Below are positions 19,827 through 28,106 of a stretch of DNA of 64,000 nucleotides, piece after piece. The DNA comes from an uncultured Bacilli bacterium (lineage in GTDB: Bacteria; Bacillota_I; Bacilli_A; RFN20; CAG-631): NCBI GenBank assembly GCA_947599835.1, contig CANQFQ010000005.1, positions 1 to 64,000 on the forward strand, given 5' to 3'. The notes below the pieces were generated by a model. That model had not been told where the DNA came from. It worked only from the letters and a program-made list of their open reading frames with translations, and searched no databases. Each line of letters starts with the position of its first letter. Position 1 is the first letter of the stretch. Made by a program: the position numbers and the translations under genes.

Positions 19827-20570
19827 TTATTTTTTAATATTTACTTTACACTCTTCAATAAATTTTTGAATTGTGTTTGATGGGATTGCAAAATTCATAC
19901 CTTCGGCATCCGTTATTCCTGAAACTACCATGCCAATAACTTTTCCATTAGCATCGAACAATGGACCTCCTGAATTTCCACCATTAATAGCACAATCCGT
20001 CATTATTAAAGATTTTCCATTAACATTTCTTAATTTGTCACTAACAATACCTTCAGTGATACATGTTCCATACCCTAATGAATTACCAACAGCAAACACT
20101 TTTTGACCATTCTTTATTAAGTTTGAATCTGCAAAAGTTATATGATTTGTTTTCATTGATACATCCATTAATTTTAATAATGCAAGGTCTACACCAGACC
20201 CTCTACCCCCTTGATCATCGCCAATCGCAATCACTTTAGTTGTTATTTTTTTATTATTTAAAATAACAACAACTGTTTCTGCAATGTTGCTATTAAATGT
20301 GACAACATGGGTATTCGTAATTGCATATCCATCACTTGAAATCAAAAATCCTGAACCAGCAGCAGCTTCGCCATTACTCGATTGTGTAAAGATTTCTAAA
20401 ATGGCATCACAATTTTTTTCATAAACCATAGCGCCACTATCTAATTTTTCATTTTTAAATGATGGATTTTCATCATAATTATCTTTATCAATGGTGGAAC
20501 CACAAAAGTTACAAATATATTTATTATTAACTAGTTTCATTGTGCCACCACAAACTTTACAAATTGCCAT
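19827..20570 (-). CDS. zinc-ribbon + trypsin-like (HtrA/S1C-type) serine protease
   Basis: N-terminal 'CKVCGG...CNFCG' ribbon. Catalytic triad in 'TNTHVV', 'DLALLKL' and 'GNSGGPL'. No PDZ domain. Confidence 0.65.
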   Translation of the reverse strand: MAICKVCGGTMKLVNNKYICNFCGSTIDKDNYDENPSFKNEKLDSGAMVYEKNCDAILEIFTQSSNGEAAAGSGFLISSDGYAITNTHVVTFNSNIAETVVVILNNKKITTKVIAIGDDQGGRGSGVDLALLKLMDVSMKTNHITFADSNLIKNGQKVFAVGNSLGYGTCITEGIVSDKLRNVNGKSLIMTDCAINGGNSGGPLFDANGKVIGMVVSGITDAEGMNFAIPSNTIQKFIEECKVNIKK

Positions 20571-20591
20571 AACTCTTACTCCTTTAAAAAA

Positions 20592-23372
20592 TTATTTTTC
20601 ATTTTTATAATCCCAGATTAGTTGTGATTTATGACTCCCATACCACTGTTTATCCCAATTAGATGGAGTCAATCCCAAAAATGGTTTTTTGCGTTCTAAT
20701 TTAACAATTAAGGAACTAGGGCATAATGAAAATATATCATATCCAATTTTTGAAACACTACTTGGGATAACTATACTTTTTAAAGAATCGCAATTATAAA
20801 ATGCATGAGAACCTATGCTTGATAATTTACTATTTGATTCAAAATTAATAGTTTGTAATGAGAAGCAATTAGAAAATGCAGATTCTCCGATACTTGTTAC
20901 ACTACTTGGAATAACTATGTTGGCTAATGAACTACAAACATTAAATACAGTTTTTCCGATACTTGTTAATTTACTATTTGATTCAAAATTAACAATTTTT
21001 AATGATTTGCAATTAGAAAATGCAGATTCTCCGATACTTGTTACACTACTTGGAATAACTATGTTGGCTAATGAACTACAATCATTAAATACAGTTTTTC
21101 CGATACTTGTTAATTTACTATTTGATTCAAAATTAACAATTTTTAATGATTTGCAATTAGAAAATGCAGATTCTCCGATACTTGTTACACTACTTGGGAT
21201 AACTATACTTTTTAAAGAATCGCAATTATAAAATGCATGAGAACCTATGCTTGATAATTTACTATTTGATTCAAAATTAATAGTTTGTAATGATTCACAA
21301 TTACAAAATGCATATTCTCCGATACTTGTTACACTACTTGGGATAACTATGTTTGTTATTGAAGTACAATCCCTAAAAGCCTTTTTATCTATAACTGCCA
21401 CATCATATTGCTTTCCATTAATAGTAATTGTTGATGGAATGACTACATCATTTCCTAACTGACTTGTATATTTACTTATTACTGCTTTCCCTTCTATAAT
21501 TAAATAATGTATTCCTGCTTGCTCTAAATAATTATTATCATTGATTCCCCAGTAAACAGCTTGATTATCTGGATTCCAATCATTATCCCAACCTTCTGGT
21601 TTTGATAAAGCTGCACAATAGATTGTTAAAGAATAGCAATCGTCAAATACCTCGTATCTTATACTTGTTACACTACTTGGTATTACTATGCTTTCTAAAC
21701 AATAACAATTCACAAAAGCGCGTATTCCTATACTAGTAACATCATATTGTTTTCCATTAATAGTAATTTGTGATGGTATTACCACATCATTTTTTAATTT
21801 ATTTGTATGCCCAGTTACTACTGCTTTGTTATCTATAATTACATAAATTATTCCATTTTGTTCTAAAAAATTATTTTTATTAATTTCAAAATAAACAGGG
21901 TTATGACCATAATTACATATTTTATCCCAATCTCTAGGTTTTGATGTTACTTCACAATATATTGTTAATGTACTACAATCACGAAATACAGAATCTCCAA
22001 TACTTGTTACACTACTTGGTATAACTATACTTGGTAAATATTCACATTTAGAAAAAGCCTCATCACCAATTTCTTTGACGCTACTTGGTATAATTATACT
22101 TTCCAATTTGCTTTTTCTAAATGCATTTTCTTCAATATAAATAAGACTCTTAGGTAGTTCAACACTGGTAACATCAGCATTTTCAAATGCAGATTTTTCA
22201 ATTGTTTCAATAAAATCAGGAATTTTAACTACTGTATCATGACCAATATATTTGATTAATGAAGACCCTTTTATATTGAATTTTCCTTCATCATACATTG
22301 GTTTACTAGAATGACTATTAATAATTATTTGCTTTTGAGCATTACTTAATTCACTGATTTGCTCTTGCATTTTTTTAGTTGCATTTTCTTGCTCTTTATT
22401 TTTTTCTAATTCTTTTTGCTTTTGTTCTTCTTTTCTTTTTTTACTTTCTGGAGTGTGACTCTCTACATACTGAACTATTTTATCTAAGCAACTTAAAGTA
22501 TGACTTCTATCAATACCTTGAAGTTTTTGGTTTCTTCCCGGTATTTTTTCGATAACTTCTCTATTATATATAATGACAATACTATCTGTATCTTTAGTAT
22601 CCTCGTTAATCATTTGCAAAAAACGTGAATATTCATTTTTAACCCATTTCGTCCGTAGATATTCTTCTTTGGAACAGACAATTAACATACATTCACTTTC
22701 ATATAAAGCATATAAAATTCTTGCTTCATAATCTGCACCTGTCGCATTTCTTAATTCTCTTTCTGATAAAAATGGTCTATAGCCTTTGCCTTTTAATTCA
22801 TAATACAATTCATCGGCAAATTGATAATCCTCAGTTTTATTTTGTTGATTCTCATCACTAACTTTTACACAAATAAAACAATCATAGGCCAATCCACTTT
22901 CTTTTAATTGATAGAATTCTTGTTGAATTGTATCAATTTCAGATGCTTTTTCTAAATATATTTTCTTTTGATTTTCTGTTGCATATAAAGTGGCTTTTAA
23001 ATAATTGATATCATCACTCATTTTTTTATTATTAATTTCGTGACATATAGGTTGTAAACGATTGTTTACCTCATCTTTTAGATATTGTATTTTATGGGTT
23101 GCTAAAGCCATACCAAAATAGGCTTCGGGTTCTGTATTATCTTCTTCTAATACTTTATTAAATGAATCATAGGCTTTATCAAATTCACACAAATCTAATT
23201 GATTGTTTGCTATTTGTAGTAATGTTTTTGTATTATTACTAGCATTTTCTTTAGGTAAAGTAAAAATACTATGGCAATATTTACATTCAATTATACCATT
23301 ATGGGCATTAGTTACATCTAAAGTATTTCCACAATTTTTACATACAAAATCATTTAATTGTGCACTCATCAT
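20592..23372 (-). CDS. zinc-ribbon + TIR-like domain + coiled coil + BspA-type leucine-rich-repeat protein
   Basis: Paralog of 17079-19805 in its first ~270 aa ('CKNCG...CKYCH' ribbon, TIR-like 'YDCFICVKVSDEN...CMLIVCSKEEYLRTKWVKNEY'). Then a K/E-rich coiled coil. The C-terminal half is 'IVIPSSVTSIGESAFSNC' BspA-like LRR units. Confidence 0.6.
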   Translation of the reverse strand: MMSAQLNDFVCKNCGNTLDVTNAHNGIIECKYCHSIFTLPKENASNNTKTLLQIANNQLDLCEFDKAYDSFNKVLEEDNTEPEAYFGMALATHKIQYLKDEVNNRLQPICHEINNKKMSDDINYLKATLYATENQKKIYLEKASEIDTIQQEFYQLKESGLAYDCFICVKVSDENQQNKTEDYQFADELYYELKGKGYRPFLSERELRNATGADYEARILYALYESECMLIVCSKEEYLRTKWVKNEYSRFLQMINEDTKDTDSIVIIYNREVIEKIPGRNQKLQGIDRSHTLSCLDKIVQYVESHTPESKKRKEEQKQKELEKNKEQENATKKMQEQISELSNAQKQIIINSHSSKPMYDEGKFNIKGSSLIKYIGHDTVVKIPDFIETIEKSAFENADVTSVELPKSLIYIEENAFRKSKLESIIIPSSVKEIGDEAFSKCEYLPSIVIPSSVTSIGDSVFRDCSTLTIYCEVTSKPRDWDKICNYGHNPVYFEINKNNFLEQNGIIYVIIDNKAVVTGHTNKLKNDVVIPSQITINGKQYDVTSIGIRAFVNCYCLESIVIPSSVTSIRYEVFDDCYSLTIYCAALSKPEGWDNDWNPDNQAVYWGINDNNYLEQAGIHYLIIEGKAVISKYTSQLGNDVVIPSTITINGKQYDVAVIDKKAFRDCTSITNIVIPSSVTSIGEYAFCNCESLQTINFESNSKLSSIGSHAFYNCDSLKSIVIPSSVTSIGESAFSNCKSLKIVNFESNSKLTSIGKTVFNDCSSLANIVIPSSVTSIGESAFSNCKSLKIVNFESNSKLTSIGKTVFNVCSSLANIVIPSSVTSIGESAFSNCFSLQTINFESNSKLSSIGSHAFYNCDSLKSIVIPSSVSKIGYDIFSLCPSSLIVKLERKKPFLGLTPSNWDKQWYGSHKSQLIWDYKNEK
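20760..21310. repeat. near-perfect ~144-bp tandem DNA repeats inside the LRR coding region
   Basis: Units starting at 20878, 21022 and 21166 are essentially identical (48-aa unit 'NFESNSKLTSIGKTVFNDCSSLANIVIPSSVTSIGESAFSNCKSLKIV'). The flanking segments 20761-20877 and 21195-21310 are also mutually identical. Confidence 0.7.
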
Positions 23373-23389
23373 TTTTCCTCCCCTATGAA

Positions 23390-25462
23390 TTAATTTCCAC
23401 TGCGATCATTCATTTGCTTCCATTCTAATAACTTTTCGATATCTTCTTTTTGAACAGAGGATGAAAAAGTTTCAAGAATAGAAGTAAAATCATTCATATT
23501 GATATATTTTTTAGTTCCACCAATTGCTCTTAAGGCAGAACGTTCTTCCACTTGATCTAAGAAGTTTGAAATATCAGAACCATTAAATCCATTCATTCTT
23601 TCAACTAAAGCATCAATATCGATATCATCTATGACTTCAACAATACCTTTTGCCTTCAATTTTTTAAGTCGTAATTCTAACATATATTTTCTAGCATCAT
23701 TATCCGGCAAACCCACATAAACGCGATTTCCAAAACGACCCGGACGAATAAATGCACTATCCACATCCCATGGTTTATTCGTTGCAGCGATGCAAAATAA
23801 GATGTTATTGCTTTTTTTACCATATTCTTCAATGCCTTGAAGTTGTGCTAATAATTCTGATCTTAATTGCTTTGCATATTGGGATTTAGTGTTTTTAGGT
23901 GAAATGGCGTCCATTTCATCAAAATAAATCACAGCACATGGAAATTCCCTTGCTTGACTGAATAAAGCTCTAACTGCTTTTTCCGTATTTCCTGCACCTT
24001 GATTTAATAAATCGGAAGGTTTAACCGAACAAAACTTAGCATGAATTTCATTAGCAATGGCAGCAGCAATCATTGTTTTTCCTGTTCCTGGAGGACCATA
24101 TAAAAATAAACCTCCTCCACTTTTACGAACATAACCTTCAAAGGCCTTCGGCTCTTGTAAAGGTAATAACACTTTAACTTTTACAACATTTTTAACCTCT
24201 TCAAGCCCAGCAATATCATCAAACTTAATGGTGGGCAATTGATCCCAATTAAATTTAAATAAACTATTGTCAGTATTATAATTTTCATCTAACACTTTAT
24301 CTTCTGGTTTACTATTTTTATCATTATGATCAACACGTTCCTCACGAGGTATATTATTATCTTTACGAGATATATTAATATTTAAATCTTGAACACGGAT
24401 AAGGGCGATTTCTTCATTAGATATTTCTTTTAATCTAGCAATGCGTTTGGATTGATTCGTTATTATATTTTCAAACAGATTTCTAACATCTCGGCCATTA
24501 CCAAAATTTCTATCTCGATTTTGGTACAAATCATCAAAATATTGTTTTAAAACTGCTTTTGCTGCAGGTTCTAAAACATATTGATTTTTATCGCATAAAT
24601 TGATGAAAATTTGATATAAATCATCGCCATTATAATCTTCAAAATGAATATAATTCTTAAATCTTGAACGTAATCCTGGATTAGATTGAATAAACTTTTC
24701 CATCAAGTTTTCATAACCAGCAATAATAACAACGAGATTATCTCTTTTGTCTTCCATGTCTTTTAAAATTGTATCGATGGCTTCATTTCCAAAATCTGTA
24801 GCGCCTTTATTGGCTAAAGAATAAGCTTCATCAATAAATAAAACACCCCCATATGCTTTATCTAAAACCGCTTGCGTTTTAAGTGCCGTTTGTCCCACAT
24901 AACCAGCAACTAATTCTTGGCGGTCTACTTCAACTAATTGACCTTCACTTAAAATTCCAAGTGCTGCATAAATTGAAGCCATTAAACGGGCTACAGTTGT
25001 TTTTCCTGTTCCAGGATTTCCAGTAAATACTAGATGATAAGACATATCCGGAATTGACATGTTTCTTTCTTTTCTCATCTTAAAAACTTTGATTTGGTCA
25101 ATCCAGTCGTGAACTTGATTTTTAACTTTTTCAAGACCTATTAATTCATCTAATTGTTTTAAGGCTTCTTCTAATGAAACCTTTTCGTTTTTGATGACTT
25201 TTATATCGTTTGTAACTTCTTTATTTTTTTCTACCGGCTTTGGTTCTTTTTGGATACTATCCGCAAATTGAATGATGCTTTTCGCTCTTTCGTATCTTGC
25301 TTTTTGAAGTTCACCTTTCGTTTCTTTTGCCATATTTAACATTTGTTCTGCGGCTAATAAATAATATCTTTTAGCAAGCATCTTATCGCCTTTTTCTAAA
25401 CATTCTTTGGCTTTTTTATAATATAAATTAAAGGTCTCGTTAAGTATACTAATGTCTTTCAT
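23390..25462 (-). CDS. MIT-domain protein with two AAA+ ATPase domains (Vps4/SpoVK-like)
   Basis: N-terminal three-helix MIT-like region 'YYKKAKECLEKGDKMLAKRYYLLAAEQMLNMAKE'. First AAA of CbbX/SpoVK type 'FTGNPGTGKTTVARL'. Second classical AAA 'LYGPPGTGKTMIAAAIANE...YFDEMDAI'. Confidence 0.7.
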   Translation of the reverse strand: MKDISILNETFNLYYKKAKECLEKGDKMLAKRYYLLAAEQMLNMAKETKGELQKARYERAKSIIQFADSIQKEPKPVEKNKEVTNDIKVIKNEKVSLEEALKQLDELIGLEKVKNQVHDWIDQIKVFKMRKERNMSIPDMSYHLVFTGNPGTGKTTVARLMASIYAALGILSEGQLVEVDRQELVAGYVGQTALKTQAVLDKAYGGVLFIDEAYSLANKGATDFGNEAIDTILKDMEDKRDNLVVIIAGYENLMEKFIQSNPGLRSRFKNYIHFEDYNGDDLYQIFINLCDKNQYVLEPAAKAVLKQYFDDLYQNRDRNFGNGRDVRNLFENIITNQSKRIARLKEISNEEIALIRVQDLNINISRKDNNIPREERVDHNDKNSKPEDKVLDENYNTDNSLFKFNWDQLPTIKFDDIAGLEEVKNVVKVKVLLPLQEPKAFEGYVRKSGGGLFLYGPPGTGKTMIAAAIANEIHAKFCSVKPSDLLNQGAGNTEKAVRALFSQAREFPCAVIYFDEMDAISPKNTKSQYAKQLRSELLAQLQGIEEYGKKSNNILFCIAATNKPWDVDSAFIRPGRFGNRVYVGLPDNDARKYMLELRLKKLKAKGIVEVIDDIDIDALVERMNGFNGSDISNFLDQVEERSALRAIGGTKKYINMNDFTSILETFSSSVQKEDIEKLLEWKQMNDRSGN

Positions 25463-25531
25463 GATGTTATCCCCTTTAAAATTCTTTGTTATATTTCATT
25501 ATTTTAGGTATAAATAAAACGCAAAAAGAAA

Positions 25532-26104
25532 TTAGTTTCCCATTTTCTTTTTTAGTTCAGCTAATTCCTTTTCAATCATTGTGTCTGTCATATTATCTGA
25601 AGTAACTTCATTACCAATAAGGTGCTCTAATTCTTCTTTTTCCTCTGGTGATGAACTAGCATTTGTTTCAAATGCAGATGAAGTTTCTTCCATGAAGTTT
25701 TCCATTTGCGTTGCTTGAATTTCAGCACCAATCATGGCTTCAGAGAATTGTTTTTGAACTTTATCAAATTCTTTTTCTTTTGTCAGTTTTAACATATCTT
25801 TACTTAAAATACTCATTCCCTTTAGAAATTCTTTCGTCATTTGTGTCATATCTTTCATTTGCGAAGTAATTTCAAAATTTAATTTCATTTCATAAATTCT
25901 TCTTTGCTGAGTAATGACCATTTTAAGTCCAGAAATCGCTAAATTATATTGCGCAGTTAAACCTTTTTCTTTTGCTTGTTTTCCAGCATCAATATAGGTT
26001 TGCTTTTGCTTTTCTAACTGTTCGATTTGTTTATTCATCGCATTAATGGTTTGTTTTATTTGCATTCTTTTGGCAATTTCTTTTCTATGATTCATAGCTA
26101 GCAT
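25532..26104 (-). CDS. Snf7/ESCRT-III-family protein with C-terminal MIM1-like motif
   Basis: Helical hairpin pattern 'GLKMVITQQRRIYEMKLNFE...KEFLKGMSILSKDM...FDKVQKQFSEAM' matches the Snf7 core. Acidic linker. C-terminus 'DTMIEKELAELKKK' fits the MIM1 consensus (D/E)xxLxxRLxxL(K/R). Its start overlaps the upstream stop (TAATG). Confidence 0.55.
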   Translation of the reverse strand: MLAMNHRKEIAKRMQIKQTINAMNKQIEQLEKQKQTYIDAGKQAKEKGLTAQYNLAISGLKMVITQQRRIYEMKLNFEITSQMKDMTQMTKEFLKGMSILSKDMLKLTKEKEFDKVQKQFSEAMIGAEIQATQMENFMEETSSAFETNASSSPEEKEELEHLIGNEVTSDNMTDTMIEKELAELKKKMGN

Positions 26105-26709
26105 TACTCCTTCTTCGTTTCAACATTTTTTTGTTTTTCATTAACTTCATATAATTCTTGTTCACTAGCTACTTGGTCTTCTTGTTCAAGCATAGCAAGT
26201 AAAGCATTATCTTGTTCATTCATACCATAAATGGTTTCATTCTTTTCATAACTTTCTTCAATAGCGTTAAATAATTCATCAGAATCAGTTAATATATCTT
26301 CTGCGGCGATTCTAATATTTAATGCTTGATTTAAAAATTTGGCCAAGCCTTTTTGATCACTTAATAGCTTATTTAAAGGCATTTTCGTGTTATTTTTAAA
26401 GAATTGATTATCATCAATTGCATTTTTTAAACGGTTTAATAATTGCGAATTATAAAGTAAATACAAAATTCTTTGTACATCTTGTTCGCGTTCTTTTTTT
26501 AAAACATTAATTTTCTTTGCATATAAAAGTTTAATGGCTTTATCGGTTTCTTTACGACCTTTTTCCATTAATTCATTGACTTTATTTTGTTTTTCCAATA
26601 ATCCATCTTCAAGTTCTTGAGATTGCTTATCTAGTTGACAAATGGCATCGACAACCTCTTCACGTGTTAATTTTTGATATTTGCTTTTAAATGGCCACAT
26701 ATCCATCAC
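26104..26709 (-). CDS. Snf7/ESCRT-III-family protein (second paralog)
   Basis: N-terminal 'MWPFKSK' resembles CHMP N-termini. 'VVDAICQLDKQSQELEDGLLEKQNKVNELMEKGRKETDKAIKLLYAKKINVLKKEREQ' matches the Snf7 alpha1-alpha2 hairpin. Acidic C-terminal region. Confidence 0.5.
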   Translation of the reverse strand: MMDMWPFKSKYQKLTREEVVDAICQLDKQSQELEDGLLEKQNKVNELMEKGRKETDKAIKLLYAKKINVLKKEREQDVQRILYLLYNSQLLNRLKNAIDDNQFFKNNTKMPLNKLLSDQKGLAKFLNQALNIRIAAEDILTDSDELFNAIEESYEKNETIYGMNEQDNALLAMLEQEDQVASEQELYEVNEKQKNVETKKE

Positions 26710-27036
26710 CTATAATTTTGAATTTCTTTCTGCTATTAATACATAAAGTTCTTTGATCATTTTAGCTGTTTTTTCAGCATCATCTTTTTCTTTATATAAC
26801 CATTGCTTGAAGTCATCAATTGCGTTGGCGATTTTTTTATCTCCATCATAAACTTTAGATAAATCAGAAGCCGTTAAATATTGAAGTTTTTCTTGAAGTT
26901 TTTTTAATTCTTCTTTGCAAGTTGCATTACTAGTTAAACTAATTAAAACATCAATCATGACCGCATTTTTTGAAATAAGTTGTTGATCTTCACTTCTTTG
27001 CGTACTTTTTAATTGTTTCTTTTGAAAATAATTCAT
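26710..27036 (-). CDS. small alpha-helical protein of unknown function (operon member)
   Basis: ORF 26710-27069. I prefer the ATG at 27034-27036 (protein starts 'MNYFQKK'), which overlaps the stop of the upstream gene by 4 nt. Predicted helical. Confidence 0.4.
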   Translation of the reverse strand: MNYFQKKQLKSTQRSEDQQLISKNAVMIDVLISLTSNATCKEELKKLQEKLQYLTASDLSKVYDGDKKIANAIDDFKQWLYKEKDDAEKTAKMIKELYVLIAERNSKL

Positions 27037-28106
27037 TTTTTGTCCTCCTCTGTTAATTTTGCTCCACATTCACTACAAAAAATTGCACCGGCATCATTTT
27101 TATGTTTACATTTTGGACATACAATCGGCTCTTTAGATACTCTAAAGCCACATTTAGGACAGAATTTATCACTTGCTTTATAAGTGGCACCGCATTTAGG
27201 ACAAACGTTATGGTGTGCACTCATTTCTTTTTGATTACCCATGATTTTTAAAACTTCATAATAAGCTTGTTTATCTCTAAGTTCTAATTCTCTTAAATAT
27301 TTTTGCTTTTCCCATTCTTTATCATTTAAGCGTTCTATTTCTTTTAAATATTCTTTTAATTGTTCTTGTTTTCTTTTTTCAGCCGCTTCTAATTCTTCTT
27401 GTTTTTTCTTTTCAGCAGCTGCAGTTTCGATTGCTGCCATTTCATCATCTTGTAAATGAATATCTTCAATAATAAAGTTAACAAGACTAATGCCCCATTC
27501 TTGGATAAATTTGTCGCTTAAAAGTTTGCCAATTTCTTCAGCAATTCTTTTCTTATTTAAGGCAAATTTGTCATAAGTCATTTTTTCACTTGTAACTACT
27601 TTTAAGAAGCAATCCGCAAATTCATTGATAACTTCACCAGAAAAACGTCTTTGGAAATCTTCAAGATTAAATTCTTTTTTAGATCCAACTACTTTTCTAA
27701 AAAATTGTTCATGATTAGAAATACTAATACCAAATTGTCCTCTCGCACCAATGGTGATGACTTTATTCGAAACTTCATCGCGATATCTAAACCGATTAGG
27801 CGTTCCCCATAAAATAATCACATTAGTTTCTTTAGGCATATAAACAACTTCCACTGAAATGCCTTTTTTCCAGTTTTTTATTTCGTTTTTACTTTCAAAA
27901 ATAGCATATGTACCACTTTCATAACTCTTAGCATTGCCACCGCCAAGGATGAGCATTGCCTTATGCGTATAAGGAACTTCTAATAAAGCCTTTTTATCGT
28001 TGACAACGCCATTTACACGCACAAATAAAATGTTATTATCATCCACACTAGCCTTACATAAATTTTGTTCAAATTTGATAACTTGGACTTTTTTATTAAA
28101 TATCAT
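27033..28106 (-). CDS. SPFH/band-7-like (YdjI-like) domain protein with C-terminal triple zinc ribbon
   Basis: C-terminus has three CxxC...CxxC pairs ('CPKCG...CPKCG...CPKCK...CSECG'). The middle is a K/E coiled coil. The N-terminal ~200 aa beta-rich domain resembles the Band_7_1/YdjI family found next to pspA in Bacillus; that assignment is inference. RBS AAAGGAG upstream. Confidence 0.45.
   Translation of the reverse strand: MIFNKKVQVIKFEQNLCKASVDDNNILFVRVNGVVNDKKALLEVPYTHKAMLILGGGNAKSYESGTYAIFESKNEIKNWKKGISVEVVYMPKETNVIILWGTPNRFRYRDEVSNKVITIGARGQFGISISNHEQFFRKVVGSKKEFNLEDFQRRFSGEVINEFADCFLKVVTSEKMTYDKFALNKKRIAEEIGKLLSDKFIQEWGISLVNFIIEDIHLQDDEMAAIETAAAEKKKQEELEAAEKRKQEQLKEYLKEIERLNDKEWEKQKYLRELELRDKQAYYEVLKIMGNQKEMSAHHNVCPKCGATYKASDKFCPKCGFRVSKEPIVCPKCKHKNDAGAIFCSECGAKLTEEDKK

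Noticed and set aside
20760-21310. Regular direct repeats that might suggest a CRISPR array
   Set aside because: The period is ~144 bp with no unique spacers between short repeats. The repeats are in-frame coding LRR units of a long ORF.
20815-21462. Plus-strand ORFs of 138 and 71 aa (20815-21231 and 21247-21462) with internally repeated peptide sequence
   Set aside because: They are the antisense reading of the 144-bp tandem LRR repeats inside the 926-aa gene. They have no RBS or independent support and are repeat mirrors, not genes.
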